NCBI GenBank assembly: GCA_964247055.1
Contig: OZ176060.1
Span: forward strand, 248,001-312,000
Direction of reading: 5' to 3'
DNA length: 64,000 nt
Source: Paragordius varius
Taxonomy: Eukaryota; Animalia; Nematomorpha
Shown: in pieces, positions 12,195-25,217 of the stretch
Layout of the letters: each line of letters opens with the position of its first letter
Numbering within the stretch: the first letter of the stretch is position 1
Notes under the pieces: generated by a model
The model's input: only the letters and a program-made list of their open reading frames with translations
Told to the model about the DNA's origin: nothing
The model's database searches: none
Position numbers and translations under genes: made by a program

Positions 12195-12510
12195 AACTTT
12201 TTCGCCGCCATTATACAACATGCAAATTGAAAAATATAAATATACCTGGATAGTATCTTACAATTTACCAGCAAATTGATTCATTTTAATATCAACTGTT
12301 TATTTTAATCGTGTTTTGGAGGTTTAATTAAACACTCTAGAAGTTTACTGTAGATTCTATTTCATCATCTACATGATAAGAGAGATCGATAATTATTAAG
12401 CAAAACAACTCTTAAAACAGTAGTCTATTTACTATAAGCATTATACAAAACTGCCCCCAAAATATCGTCTACACAAAAATGGAAAGCTAAAATGAAGTGT
12501 TAATAAACTT
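12195..12510. repeat. Direct repeat of 7385-7730
   Basis: See partner; it begins just after the LINE 3' tail. Confidence 0.85.
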
Positions 12511-12944
12511 AAAAAAAGTTTTTATTAAATAAACTTACATGAGGGGCGTATACAGTCGAATTAAGATTTTAGAAAGGTTTTGAAATATATAAATTATAAT
12601 TGTTGTTAGATAAATTATTAAAGAAACATTAATTTATAGTCATAAATTTGAGTTATATAGGAGTTGACAACTGTTAACGTTCAGATAATGTATTTTTATA
12701 TATATGATATATATTAAATATTTGTTGCCGTCATAAAAGTGAAAAAATGATTATACTCCTTATAAATAATAAATTTTGATTATAACGTATATATGTTAAC
12801 GAAAATCTGCCATCTAAATAATGCAGTAACGGTTCTGCTATTATTGAAAAAATAAATAATATTATATTCGTTTTACTTGAAAAAATGTGTCAAAATTATG
12901 TTACTTTATCTATTTTTATAAAAAAAATATGCTCTTAATTTAAT

Positions 12945-13738
12945 TAATTGAAGAATGTAGATTCCACTAATGATGATCTAAAACAATTGTTATTTAAATG
13001 GCATTACATATTATTAATGAATATTTCCGAATAGCTTAACATCAAAGAATTTAAACTTTGCCGAAAAATCAACAATAATCCCTAATAATAAATTTTGAGG
13101 GGAGAACAGTCAAAACCTGTGGATTTTAAAAAGGATATTGATTTTAATGATCTAAGCATGAAATATTATTGATGATATAATAATGCAAAACCTATTGAGT
13201 CCTTAAACATTCAAAATATAAAGGATTATTATCAATGCACTTAATATGATAAAATTTATATGGTTAAACATTTTTAATCCCCACATATTCGTTAATTTCA
13301 TGAACAAGTTAAATATCCAACGCATATCAAATCTCTTTATTAAAATTAAACAGGGATGTCCAAATGTAAAAAGAAAGCATTTAATCAAAAAGGAAATCTT
13401 GCAACATATATATAGGCATGTAAAGTTTAGTATCCTTGTCCGATTTTTAATAAACATTTTTTTTGAAAAAGCAATCTTTACATATTCAATTTGATCATAA
13501 ACAGTTTTAACATGAATGTTCAATTAATAAAAATGAATTTTCTCTCAAAAAAAACTATTTCAACTCACATAAAGACTGTTTGTAAAATGCATGATTGTCC
13601 GATTTGTAATAAAGATTTTTCTAAAAAATCTTTTAGGGCATATCAAATCCTTTTATAAACAATTAATGTCAAATTTTTAGTAAAGAGTTTAATCATAAAT
13701 ATAATTTTACCAAGCATATAAAAAATGTTCACAATTGA
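12945..13738 (+). pseudogene. Zinc-finger paralog B, heavily decayed
   Basis: Remnants of TNDDL (12965), GEQ..P.D (13100) and finger repeats (CATGAACAAGTTAAATATCC, CATGATTGTCCGATTTGTAATAAAGATTTTTC). It ends KHIKNVHN* like the other copies; many stops and frameshifts. Confidence 0.8.
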
Positions 13739-16441
13739 ACATAAATTTAATATATATAATATAATACATATACCATGTGTAAACACAAATAAATTTATTT
13801 TTAAATTTATCATTTTTATAAATAAAATACATAGAATCGTTAATTTAATATTTCGAATGCTATTTGACCGCTCTTGTTTAGAGCTTTCCTTTGTTGATAA
13901 TAAATGAATTGTAGTAAAAATTGAAATTATATGGACAATACGTAAAATTATAGAGACAAATATTTTTTCTAAATAACGATTACTTTTACATCTTGATTTT
14001 CTTAATTGACTGATTTCAGATTGCAAAATAAAGTATAATCAATTATGTAGTTTCCAATTCCAATTTATTAGTTTTTGTATAAAAAATTAAATTTTAATAT
14101 GTATGGTTGTTTGAAAAAAATTCACTATATATTTTACGTTTTGTGCGTATAGTTTCGATTTTTATTGTAGAGTAGTCACTTTATTGTTGGACAATTAGTA
14201 TACAGTAGCGTATGATATAAAACAAATTTCATCCATAAACTAATAAACAAATCCAAAATTATTTCAAATAATTATTAAAAGTAAAGTAAAATATAAATAT
14301 ACTGATTTCTAATTATCATAATTTAAATTATTTTTAAATTAAATTACATAAAGAAAAATAAATAATTTTAATGTTGTTAATATAAAAAAAAGTTCATTTC
14401 ACACCGTTTGTCGTTTATAACTCACACGTTACTGTATTGCCAATTGGCTAAAAATATTGTGAAGTAGCCAAATATAAAGTGTTATATATACTCTGAGTTT
14501 ATTAAATAAATAGGCTCACCGGTGTAGTCGGTTAACGCCTTTTCTATGTTAGATTATCAGCTTAAACCTTCCCGATCATGTTTACCTTTGTTTAAAGAAA
14601 CTAAACTATAAAATATTTGAATAAACCTTTAAAAATTAAATAATTTAAAAAAATTTGCGATAAAGTTGTCTATTATTTTAGAAAGGATTAGTATAAACAT
14701 TATATTACACAAAATTTTATATTATAGTAAAAAAAATATTTAAAATTCGCTAATTATATTACTATAAATTATTTTATTTACATACACATACAACTAAACA
14801 AGATGTATATACTAAAAATGACATATATCCAGATATAATCCATCCTACAATAATATTCATATAAAATTTAATTTATAAGGACAAAACCTAAAAAAAATAT
14901 TTTTTTCAAAAAACCGCTGTATTTTTTTAACTTGAATATTTCAATTCTCAATGTTTTAAATGACAAAATGAAATATAGATGTGATTTGGTAATTAATCAA
15001 TTATATATTTGCAATTGGGATATAAGCAGGATAGATTTTATATGTGGTCTTTAGATCTTCGTTTTGTCTGTAAAATTTTAAAATTTAAAAACTGATAATT
15101 TTTATTAACATATATTGGACCTATCAAACTGTATATAAAAAATTTTTATTGTCTTAAAATTTAAATCTCTTTATGATTAATTTTGTGGAAATCCAATTTA
15201 AAATTCAAAATCATGTAATTTATATTATATATATATAATATAGATATAATTGTAATTATACGGACAAAACACAAAAATATTAAACAAATATTAAATTGCA
15301 AAGTATGAAAAAGATATGTATATTAACACCAATTATTAATTTTACAATTTTTAAATAGAAAAACCCAAATAATAAATATGTATTTTGAAAAACATAAAAA
15401 GATTATTATAAAATTTGTTTAAGCAAAAACGAATCTATAATATGGTACAGAGATAGTTTATTTAAATTTTGTTCAATATTATACACGGACTTTCAGTTGT
15501 GTTAGTTTCCTTAGTTCGTTTTTTGAAAATTTGAATTATTATGACTTTTATTTAAAAAATATTAATATAGCCAAGAGGTGACTTTAACAGACATATTAGT
15601 AATAGTTTAGTAATATACATAAGATAAATATGTTATGCTTATTAACTTGATAAAAGTAAAAAGCTTAATATTTATACGTTGCAGAAAATAAATATTTATT
15701 TTAACACAGTTAGTTTATTATAACCACTATATATATTGACAATAAAATTAAATTTTAAAAATATGCCATCTGTTTATTAATTATATGACTCTGCTATCGT
15801 CGAAATAACATGCTAAATTTTGAATTATATAAGTTTTTTGTTATTTGATAAATAATTATCCAAAATTGTTGCTCGTTTTATGAATTAATATCATGGGAAG
15901 GATAAACGCTTTAAGATATTAAAAATTATTTTCTATATAATTCAATAGTGATAAACATTTCGAACAGTTTAGAATTTTAATTAGAAAAGTTTGTTTGCGT
16001 TCAAATTTTTGGGATTGTAAAATTTATTTAACTTGTATAACAGATCTTTTAATCGAAGTTCTACCGTGATAGAGATGTTAGGCATTATGAAATTTATATA
16101 GAGAGGTGTTTTATAATATCTCAAAACACTTTTATACTCTCCTCAGTATACCTCAAAAATAGTATGATACACAATTTTGCTATAAAATAGATTTTGGAAA
16201 AAAATACATTTTTTAATATGTTTAGTATACTTTTTTTCCCCCAAGTATTCACGAATATGAACACATGCTTTTAATCGAGTGGGAAAGGTATGGTATACCT
16301 ACCCATCTCTTATCGATCTTTTTTTACCAAAAACATTGATTTTATACCTTCTCCGAATATTAGAAATAGTTAGATCCTATTCCTTACATATCCATAACAT
16401 ATTTCCTATTCACATTCTTCCATTCGAAGGACATTCTGCTA

Positions 16442-17735
16442 ATGTTGAAATCACGCAATCTCAGCATCCGCATCGCCACATGGAATTTACGCGGATCCTA
16501 CAAAAACCACAAACTAGATATTGTCGTTAACGAGATGACTAAGCATAAAATTGACATACTAGGAATTTCAGAATCACACATCCCCTCTACCGGAGCCTAA
16601 TTCGACAATCATATTTTGTATTATTCCGGCCACGACTCATCAAAATACAACGGTGTCGGCATAATAATGAACAAAAAACTAGCTAACTTATCGGACATTA
16701 TTAATCCAATCAATGATCGTATTATCGCAATCCGCATACAAACAACCCCTCAACCCATTACTATCCTCCAAATTTACGCACCTACCTCCTCTTACAGCGA
16801 TGACGACTGTGAAAAATTTTATAGCGATCTCGACTTGGCGATTTCCCAAATTTCAAAAAAGAATATCATATTTATCTTAGGCGACTTCAACTCAATCATC
16901 GGAATAGATAAAACACCTCCTATGACGGTGGCATGGGCTTGGGCATAAAAAACGAGAGAGGAGACAGATTGATTGAATTTTGTGCTAACCATCGTTTCTT
17001 AGTCTCAAACACCTTTTTTAAACACCCCAAACGACGTCTATACACATGGCGTTCCCCGTGTCAAAGATACCGTAACCAAATTGACTTCATATTAGGTATG
17101 GTAAAATACAAAAGTTCATTTCATAATGTCAAATGCCTACCAGGATCGGATTGCTACAGCGACCACAACCTATTGATCGCCAAACTCCGAATTAAATTAC
17201 AACTTCCTAAAACATCCAAACCCACAAGAACAAGATTAGATTATGATACAATCGACGACAAGTTTAGCACCGCTTTATCAAATTGTTTCGATTGTCTTGA
17301 TCATAATTCCGAAAATTATCAGGATATAAACTTCTTTTGGAACGATATATATTCAATCTGCCGAAACACAGCCGACGAATTCAATCGGCCTCTCAAACGC
17401 AATAATCAAAAAATAAAATTGTCAACCAAAAGTCTCGAGATCGCAGAAAAACGTAGAAAATCCAAAATCAAATGCAAATGGGATGAATACAAACAACTAA
17501 ACAGTGAATTTCAGAAGAGTGCAAGAGAGGATACAAATAAATATAATGACCAACTATGTGAAAAATTAGAAACATACGCCAAAAATAACCAAAACCTCTT
17601 TGCCCATGCAAACAATATTATTCCACACAAAAAAGTTTTTTATAAGACACCTATGAGAAACGACAACAACTCAATCGTCACTGAAAAAGACGAAATTCGC
17701 AAATTGTGGCACAAACATATAAACAAACTAAACCA
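16442..17735 (+). mobile_element. Second RTE-type LINE: APE domain and linker only, 3'-truncated before RT
   Basis: MLKSRNLSIRIATWNLRG...ILGISE (stop at ~16598), YYSG...GVGII, IYAPT, LGDFNS, NERGDRLIEFC, YTWRSP...NQIDFI, SDHNL. Homology stops at EIRKLWHKHI; no YADD domain follows. Confidence 0.9.
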
Positions 17736-18467
17736 TTTTCAAAAAAGAGTAAACATTGTGTTTACTAACATAATTTATTGACTCAAAATCCCACCTCCTA
17801 TTTTTAGTTTAACACCGAACAGCTTTATGAGTTTTTTTGCTCTTCAGAAACAATAAATTAAAAAAGTTTAAATTTAATATAGATCCTAATAGTTAATAAC
17901 CATTTATATCTACACTTTTTGTATTTTCACCCCTTAACTTCTTTTATGCGACAACTTTTTTTCGTGTACTGCCATTTTATATAAAATTTATTTTTAGCTT
18001 TTCGAAAATGATTTTACTATTATTTATGGAAAAATAGTACTTAATTTATAGATTAAATTTTATTTGTCGGTATTAAATGATAACAAAACACTGTTTTTAA
18101 CCTTTTAGCTCAATTATTTAATTAATATATTGATTAAATATTTATAACACAGCTTTTTTCAAAAGTATACATTATATATTTGTAAATAATATTAATTATT
18201 AACTTTACAAATAGAGATTGATATACTTAAAAATATAAAATATAATTTTGTTTAAAATAGATGGCGTCTTTTTCACTACGTTGATAAGCCAGTAAGAGTT
18301 TGAATATATCACCAATAAAAACATAGACGGACCACACTAGACAACATTTGTTTCTTGAGTTTATTTGCACACTATATAATATATTTTTGAAAATTTTATT
18401 TTAAAACTTAATTAGTGATATGATGTTATATAATATGCAACAAAACATAACTCTATTTTATATATTA

Positions 18468-18828
18468 CAGTCAAATATGTAATTATCCGGAAGAATTTTT
18501 TACTAACAGACATAATTTTTTATAACAGACAGAGTATTAAAATCAAAAGATTAAAATTTTTAATTGGCGGACAAATTTTTTTTCAACGGACATAAATCCG
18601 AAATATAATAGGGTAAGAGGAACTCTTATCTATAACACTGGACAACATTACTGCAACTCGAGTTTTTTGCATTTTTTGATATTTAGTATCATTCTAACAG
18701 TAAATCTGAAATAAAAATTAAAGCTCCTTGTAAGAATTTTGTATAATTTGATATTTTTGATTATGCGCCCTCTTTATTAAAATTTTACTGAAAAATGTTT
18801 TTATTTGAAAATATACAAGTAAACGCAT
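18468..18828 (+). mobile_element. TA-CAGT-starting (pogo/Tc1-like) element, ~360 bp; copy of 37264-37620
   Basis: TA|CAGTCAAATATGTAATTATCCGGA start and high identity to 37264-37620. It is interrupted at the right by the RTE fragment. Confidence 0.7.
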
Positions 18829-19626
18829 CACCAAGCAGAAGACAAGGAAAAATATAAAAGGATTAATAAGGAACTTAAAAGGCTTGTAAGATTGGTCAAA
18901 AAAGAAAAGACGGCATCATTATATGAAGAGTTAAACAGTAGGCAAGGTCTAAACAAAGTTTTTAAAATTGCTCGACAAAGACACAGAAGAAAGCTGGACT
19001 TGCCCCCTTACGCGACAGCTAGATAAAATTGCAAAGAATATTTCCAGGATCTTGAATCGGGCGTCACTGAAACAAGTTTACCCGAAACACCAGATTATAA
19101 ATCTGCGCATATTGAAAGTATAACAAAAGAAGAAGTCCAGGGTGGTTTAGAAGAGATGTCAACAAATAAGGCTGCAGGTCCCGACGATATTAACATAAAC
19201 TGTTGGAAAATATTGTCAGAGAAAGGTATTGAATTTTTAGCGGATATTTTTTAATAATGTAGTTACTACAGGTATGATACCAACAGAATGGAAGGAGAGT
19301 TTCACTGTTCCCATTTTCAAGGGTAAAAGAGATATTAATGATTGTAACAATTACAGAGGGATAAGATTGATGTCGCATACAATGAAGTTATTTGAGAAAG
19401 TACCAGAGAAAAGAATTAGATAAATGGTTAGTATAGAGGGTAATCAATTTGGTTTTATTCCAGAAAAATCCACCATTGATCCGATTCACGCAGTAAGAAG
19501 GCTAATCAAGAAGCATATAGAAATGAGAAAGGAGTTGCATGGTATTTGTCTTGTTATTGAAAAGGCATTTGACAGAATACCTCGGAGCACAATATGGTGA
19601 GCTTAAGACGGAAAAAGGTCCCTGAA
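18829..19626 (+). mobile_element. Internal fragment of the same RTE family as 9266-12175
   Basis: Matches 10357-11187 (from CACCAAGCAGAAGACAAGG to GGAAAAAGGTCCCTGAA), with a ~40-bp deletion near 19020. Confidence 0.95.
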
Positions 19627-20121
19627 CACAAAAAAAGTATGAAGTAGGCTTGAACAAAATTATGCTAAAAATTTGCATGTTTTTATGAATATTTTTATTA
19701 TCAAAATTTAACATCTATATTAGAAAATTTTATACCACAAACCCGACATTTCTGCGTTTATTATATGTACTAGTCCATATTTATAGAGTAAATTTGGGAC
19801 CATCTGGCCCTACTTCTAAAAATTTAATTTTTTTTTGAAATATTGTTTTGATTTACATATGTAGGATATGATATATTTTAACTTTTTAAAATGAATTATT
19901 TAAATTTCACCAAAAAAATTTTATCACAAAAAATGCGCAAATTCTGTTATTTTCTGATATTGAGCACTGACCACAAAATTGTAACAACTTTCTTTTATCA
20001 CTCATAAGGGCAAAACTAAAAACTCACCATGATAATCCTGATAGTCCTGTACTATATTTTACCATATTTTTATTCCCAATTTGCAATTGTATAATACATA
20101 ATTGATTGAGTTACGAATATA

Positions 20122-20362
20122 CAGTAAAAACTGAAATGTGGACAAAACGTAATATAAGGACAAGTATTTTTTTTCAAAAGATACTTTTCACCTTATTTTC
20201 TCCATATGAGCAATTTAATTACAGTTGTATATTATATAATAATTATTTTACCAATATACATTTCTATTATATTTGCAAATTTACAATGGATTCCAAAAAA
20301 TAAGATTTAAAAAGTATGGTTTTCTTTTTAAATATTTATCTGTATAATTTCAAATTTTACTG
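20122..20362. mobile_element. pogo/Tc1-mariner-type MITE
   Basis: TA|CAGTAAAAACTGAAAT... and ...ATTTCAAATTTTACTG|TA; long imperfect TIRs and TA flanks. Confidence 0.8.
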
Positions 20363-20421
20363 TATGTCGTCATTACATAAACAAAATCAGATAAGAATCC
20401 TAATATATTTATCTCTCACTA

Positions 20422-20447
20422 ATATATATATATATATATATATATAT
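20422..20447. repeat. (TA)n microsatellite
   Basis: Seen directly. Confidence 0.9.
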
Positions 20448-21752
20448 TTCATCAGTATATTTTTCTAAGATATTTTCTGAAAAGTATTATAATTGGAAAC
20501 ATGTGGTTATATAACATAAGTATCGATTTGATAGCAAATTTAGCTTTATTTATTACATTTATCCATTATCTTATGTAAAACATCGAGATAATAACCCTAA
20601 AATTTATTAAACGGATGATTTTTTATTATAATATATATCTTTTTTATTAATTATATTTATAGTTTATAGCCAAAAATTACATTATTTAAAAAATATTATA
20701 CTTTATATATTTCTCGGTCGCACGTAAGACATCGAAGCAATGCATATCTCTCTTTACTTTATAGAAGCCTTAAAAACCGAATAATATTTAACAAGATACC
20801 ATATCGAAACTCAAATAATCTCTATTTTGTTTTAGAATTTTTGTGCCTTTAACAAAAAAATGCAATTACGTGAGTAAAATAGATTTAATCTAAATAAGCC
20901 ATCTATTTACACTAAATATTACACAGACAAAACAAGATAAAGACATAATATTTTTTAAAAATAACCATAATTTTTTTAAACCTTATTTTTGCCTATATAG
21001 ATTATTTATTTGCAATTTTATAATACATAATTGATTGTGTAACCAATATTCATTGTATTTCAAATATATCAAGTTTATAAAAGTACAGCGGTGTTTTGAA
21101 AAAAACATTTGTCTTATGTTTATCCTAATAATTCCAAATTTGTAATTTTATTTTTAATTTTTCTATCAGACGTGAGGCTCTACCGCCTCTACTATTTATA
21201 ATTGTTTCTCATTGATTCCAGCAATATTATATAAAAGCTAATATTTTCACATATATTCTATCATTATATATTCAAAATTTTTACACACATAATAAAAAAT
21301 TACTTTACCATTTACATAAAAATTGATTCTGTATATGATTACGAGTTTAATTGCTAGATAAATTAATTCCAATACATTTAACAACAAATTTTGTTTTAAT
21401 TAAAAATAGCTCACACAAAAACAAGCTCTGATAAATGTTGCCTCAACAAAATAGTAATCTAACTTCTTTCCATAAGTAAAAATGCCGTAGACCAAAAAAC
21501 TAATTTTTTCAGTAAAATGTTTTCTAATGTAAAGTTACCAAAATATGGCCAATAATACATAAATTATACAATAAAATTGGGTCTATTTCTGGTTAAATAG
21601 GATATAAATTTATTGTGTGATTTTTTAATTTTATTTTCAGTGAAGTGTTAAACCATTCTAATAAAAAGAAATTCACACAAAAAATTTGAATCACAGGAAA
21701 TAAACAGTTGGGTAAAATATATTAAAAATATGCGCTAGTTTCATTGCATTAA

Positions 21753-21757
<5 letters not shown>

Positions 21758-21804
<47 letters not shown>
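21758..21804. repeat. (TA)n microsatellite
   Basis: Seen directly. Confidence 0.95.
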
Positions 21805-21806
<2 letters not shown>

Positions 21807-22170
21807 AGTATTTAGACTCAGTTCGTAATTTTTTTTAATTTATAGATTTTACAAACCCATGTTTTGTAATATGCCATTTTTATAATATAAAAAGCTTAAT
21901 AAAATATAAAGTTTTATAAACTTATATTTAATAATAGATGTCAGAAATGTTGTATAAATAAAATACACAGCTTTTAAACAATTGAATATATAAACGTTCT
22001 ATTTCAACTTTCAGTGACTGTTTAGTATATTTAATTATATAATGACAATATATATTTCGAATGCAGCTGGTCGTAATTTTTAAGCTCACTCTCGTAGGTA
22101 ATTAAGTGGTTATTCCTTTTAGTAAAAATATATTTGTTATAGCAAAGTTATAAGATTGGAATCTTAATAA

Positions 22171-22233
22171 ACTAGCCCCTTCTTCATTTACCCCGTAGAT
22201 TTTTCCGCCGTGCCAAGGTTCAAAACCTCTCCT
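22171..22233 (-). mobile_element. 63-bp inverted fragment of the RTE APE region
   Basis: The reverse complement TAGGAGAGGTTTTGAACCTTGGCACGGCGGAAAA...AAATGAAGAAGGGGCTAGT matches 9779-9844. Confidence 0.9.
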
Positions 22234-22515
22234 AGTGCCCATTGAAATCACCACAAAATATAATTGTAGTCAACGGTTATTACTTACCAAATTAATAAAT
22301 TTTATTATATTTAATTACTATGTATATAAAGTTTTACCAAAAAAGATAGTTTGCATTTATTTTTATATATATCATCATCCTAATACAAGTATTTTTCTAA
22401 TTACAAATGAATATTAATTGTATGAGACCTTAATGAAATGCTAACTATATGCCATCTTCTTTATATGTGGTATTATTATGTATATTAACCTATTTTAGTT
22501 AATATAAATTATCCT

Positions 22516-22974
22516 TTGGCAGAAAAGACCCCCAATAATAGAAAAAATAATCGATTTCGAACAAAGGTGTACTCATATGGCAAAAATGAGAGTTATATTG
22601 AAAATAATTTATTCCAAAGCCTAAAAAATGAATACTATAGCGAACTCAGAAAAATGTCTGAATGTATGCAATATATAAAAATATATAAAACGCCTCCGGG
22701 GTTATTTTTTCATAAATCTGTTCATGAACCCATAAATTTCCGTGCAAAATTTTTTCAACGATGATTTCTAACAAAAGCTCTCTTGCTAGGCACATTTAGT
22801 TCATGAGAAAATTAAACATGAATGTCCGATTTGCAAAAATGATTTTTAAAAAGTCTATCTTGCATTACACATTCAATCGTTCATAAAAAAGGTAAATATC
22901 AAAGTCCGATTTGTAATAAAGAGCTTTCACGGAAAAGCACTCTTATCAAGCATATTAAAAATGACCATAATTGA
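22516..22974 (+). pseudogene. Zinc-finger paralog C, divergent and decayed
   Basis: ECMQYIKIYK...HKSVHE, then CATGAGAAAATTAAACATGAATGTCCGATTTGCAAA and terminal PICNKELSRKSTLIKHIKNDHN*; several frameshifts. Confidence 0.8.
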
Positions 22975-24002
22975 ATATCAATTGTAAATAATATCTTTAT
23001 ATTTTTTATATAATATATATTGAGATTCTATATATTATATGGCAACGTTTTGGAAAATGTATTTAAAATTACTTAATATATTAATTTGAATATTTGGCAC
23101 ATTCTTTAGTCTGTTCTAATGTTTATTTTTAGAATTGCATTCTTAAAGCAAAAATTAATTAAAGTGGCCAATTAGCTATACAAGAGCTTATGATATAAAA
23201 CAAGATTATCATAAATTTATCATATTTAAAATTATTTAAAAAAATTATTGAAAGCAAAGTATATATATAATAGGATAAATATACAAGTTTCGGTTGTCCA
23301 TCTCGTTCCTACTTTAAATTATTAAATAATATTACATAAAAGCAAATAAATAATTTTGTACATAAATAAAAATGAACAAATTAAATGTTTGTAATTATAG
23401 GAAAAAATGTGTATTTCACACCGTATCTTGTTTTTTCTTGTTACTTTTTGTATGTATTGCCAATTGGCTAAAAATAATGTCAAGTAGACAACAATAAAGT
23501 TGGTACTGTCTTTACTTTAAGTTTTCTATGTAACAAACAGGCTCTACGGCTTAATCCGCGAGCCACGCTTTTACAATGTAATCATCAACTCAAACCATTC
23601 TTTACGTTTCACTCAGTTTAAAGCACTTATAAACTAAATTTAAAATATACCCAGAAATAATAAAATGAGATAAAAACAATTTAGAATTTTTTGGGTATAT
23701 AGGTGTATATAATTCAAAAAAGGATGGCATGAACATATCAATTCAAAACGTAAAACTGTATTTTTGCATATAAAACATAGGAACATAAACTAGAATGACA
23801 TTATATAATTCAACCTATAAGAATTTCCTATATATACAATTCAAATTATACAGACAAAACGTAAAGTGTGAAGAGAGTATTTTTTTGCAAAACTACGCTG
23901 TACTTTTTTAACCCATTTTAATTATTTGTTTTAAATTGGAAAATTTGATATATGTAAATGATCAATTTATATATATATATATGTATATAATTAAAATTAT
24001 AT

Positions 24003-24250
24003 ATATTACAGTTCAAATTCACCCTTGAACAATTCAAATTTTTACTTGAACGATTCGAATTCACCCTTTCACCCTCAAAAAATTCTAATTCATTCTAAAA
24101 TAAATTATGTGTTTTTTAAAAAAAATATCTATATTTTTTAATATTATTAAAAATATAGATAATGTTTCAAATAAATATAAAACTGAAAAAATAATAAATT
24201 ATGCCATAAGAATAAATTTTATATTAATGATGAGTTATATTTGGCCATAT
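24003..24250. mobile_element. Foldback-like element with 21-bp subrepeats (left arm plus internal part)
   Basis: TTACAGTTCAAATTCACCCTTGAACAATTCAAATT..., same family as 35941-36300 and 61685-61920. Confidence 0.65.
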
Positions 24251-24269
24251 GATTTCAATAAGGGCGTGA

Positions 24270-25217
24270 CATATTATCCGTAAACAGGCAAAATATTAGT
24301 AAAGTGAATTTATTAAATTAACCCTTAATTAGGTCCTCGCACTGAAAAGGCTCCACCATATGACTTATTAGTTTTGAGGAAATTTTTCGAAAATCGTGAG
24401 CATATGGAATCAATCATGATTCCAGTAATTAAGGCAACAATTTTAATCGAGCGTTTTTTTCACTCCTGGTTAGGGGGCTACACGCGCGGGTCACCATATC
24501 GGTACAGCCTGCCCTTGGAGCCAAATTCACACTATATAGAAATTTGTTTTCGAGCTAATTAACAGAAATTTTATGAAGCCATATGAGCTCATTGAAATAT
24601 TATCCGTAACTAGGTAAATAAGGTCAGGCGTTATTTATTAGCCGTTAAGGCCTTTATGCCCTAAAAATAGGCCATCATAAAACGATTATCATGAGATGAT
24701 TGTATTAAAAATGTCCAAATATTTGCCCTATAAAGCAAAGAATTCAACTTAGCCCTTTTGTCATCTAGGTCAATGGGTAGGGCTACCGAATTAAAACCGA
24801 GACACCATATAGAAATGGTGTTGTTTTCAAGCTAATTGTTAAAAAACTTAAGAGGCCATACGAGTTTAATTTATACATTTCTGTAAAATTTGTATAATAT
24901 CATTCTTTCCTTTAATAAGAGACCACAAATGATTTACTTTTTATACCCGTAATCCCAACTGTGTGAACAACGAAAATCTTAAAATAATTCCAATAATAGT
25001 TGAATACTAACTTTAATAAGGGAGAATTTAAATATGGTCATTTTAGAGTGAATATTTAAGCCTATGCAAAAACCCGTAAAAGATTAATAATTTAGGACAT
25101 TCTTTTGATTAAATATGTTTTTATTATTTTTTTATGTCCCTTACCACTATTTATTGCAAATTATTAAGATAATTATTGAATAGACTACGCCACGCGAAGC
25201 GTGACAGGGCCAGCTAG
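24270..25217 (+). mobile_element. Probable non-autonomous Helitron (5' boundary uncertain)
   Basis: 3' end: hairpin CACGC-GAA-GCGTG (25191-25203), then ACAGGGCCAG-CTAG|T (CTAG 25214-25217), the standard Helitron hairpin+CTAG signature. Internal subrepeats ATATTATCCGTAA and CATATAGAAAT..GTTTTC.AGCTAATT. Confidence 0.65.

Noticed and set aside
14514-14570. tRNA/SINE-like start GGCTCACCGGTGTAGTCGGTTAACGC
   Set aside because: It is A-box-like only; there is no B-box or cloverleaf, and paralogous copies do not preserve it.
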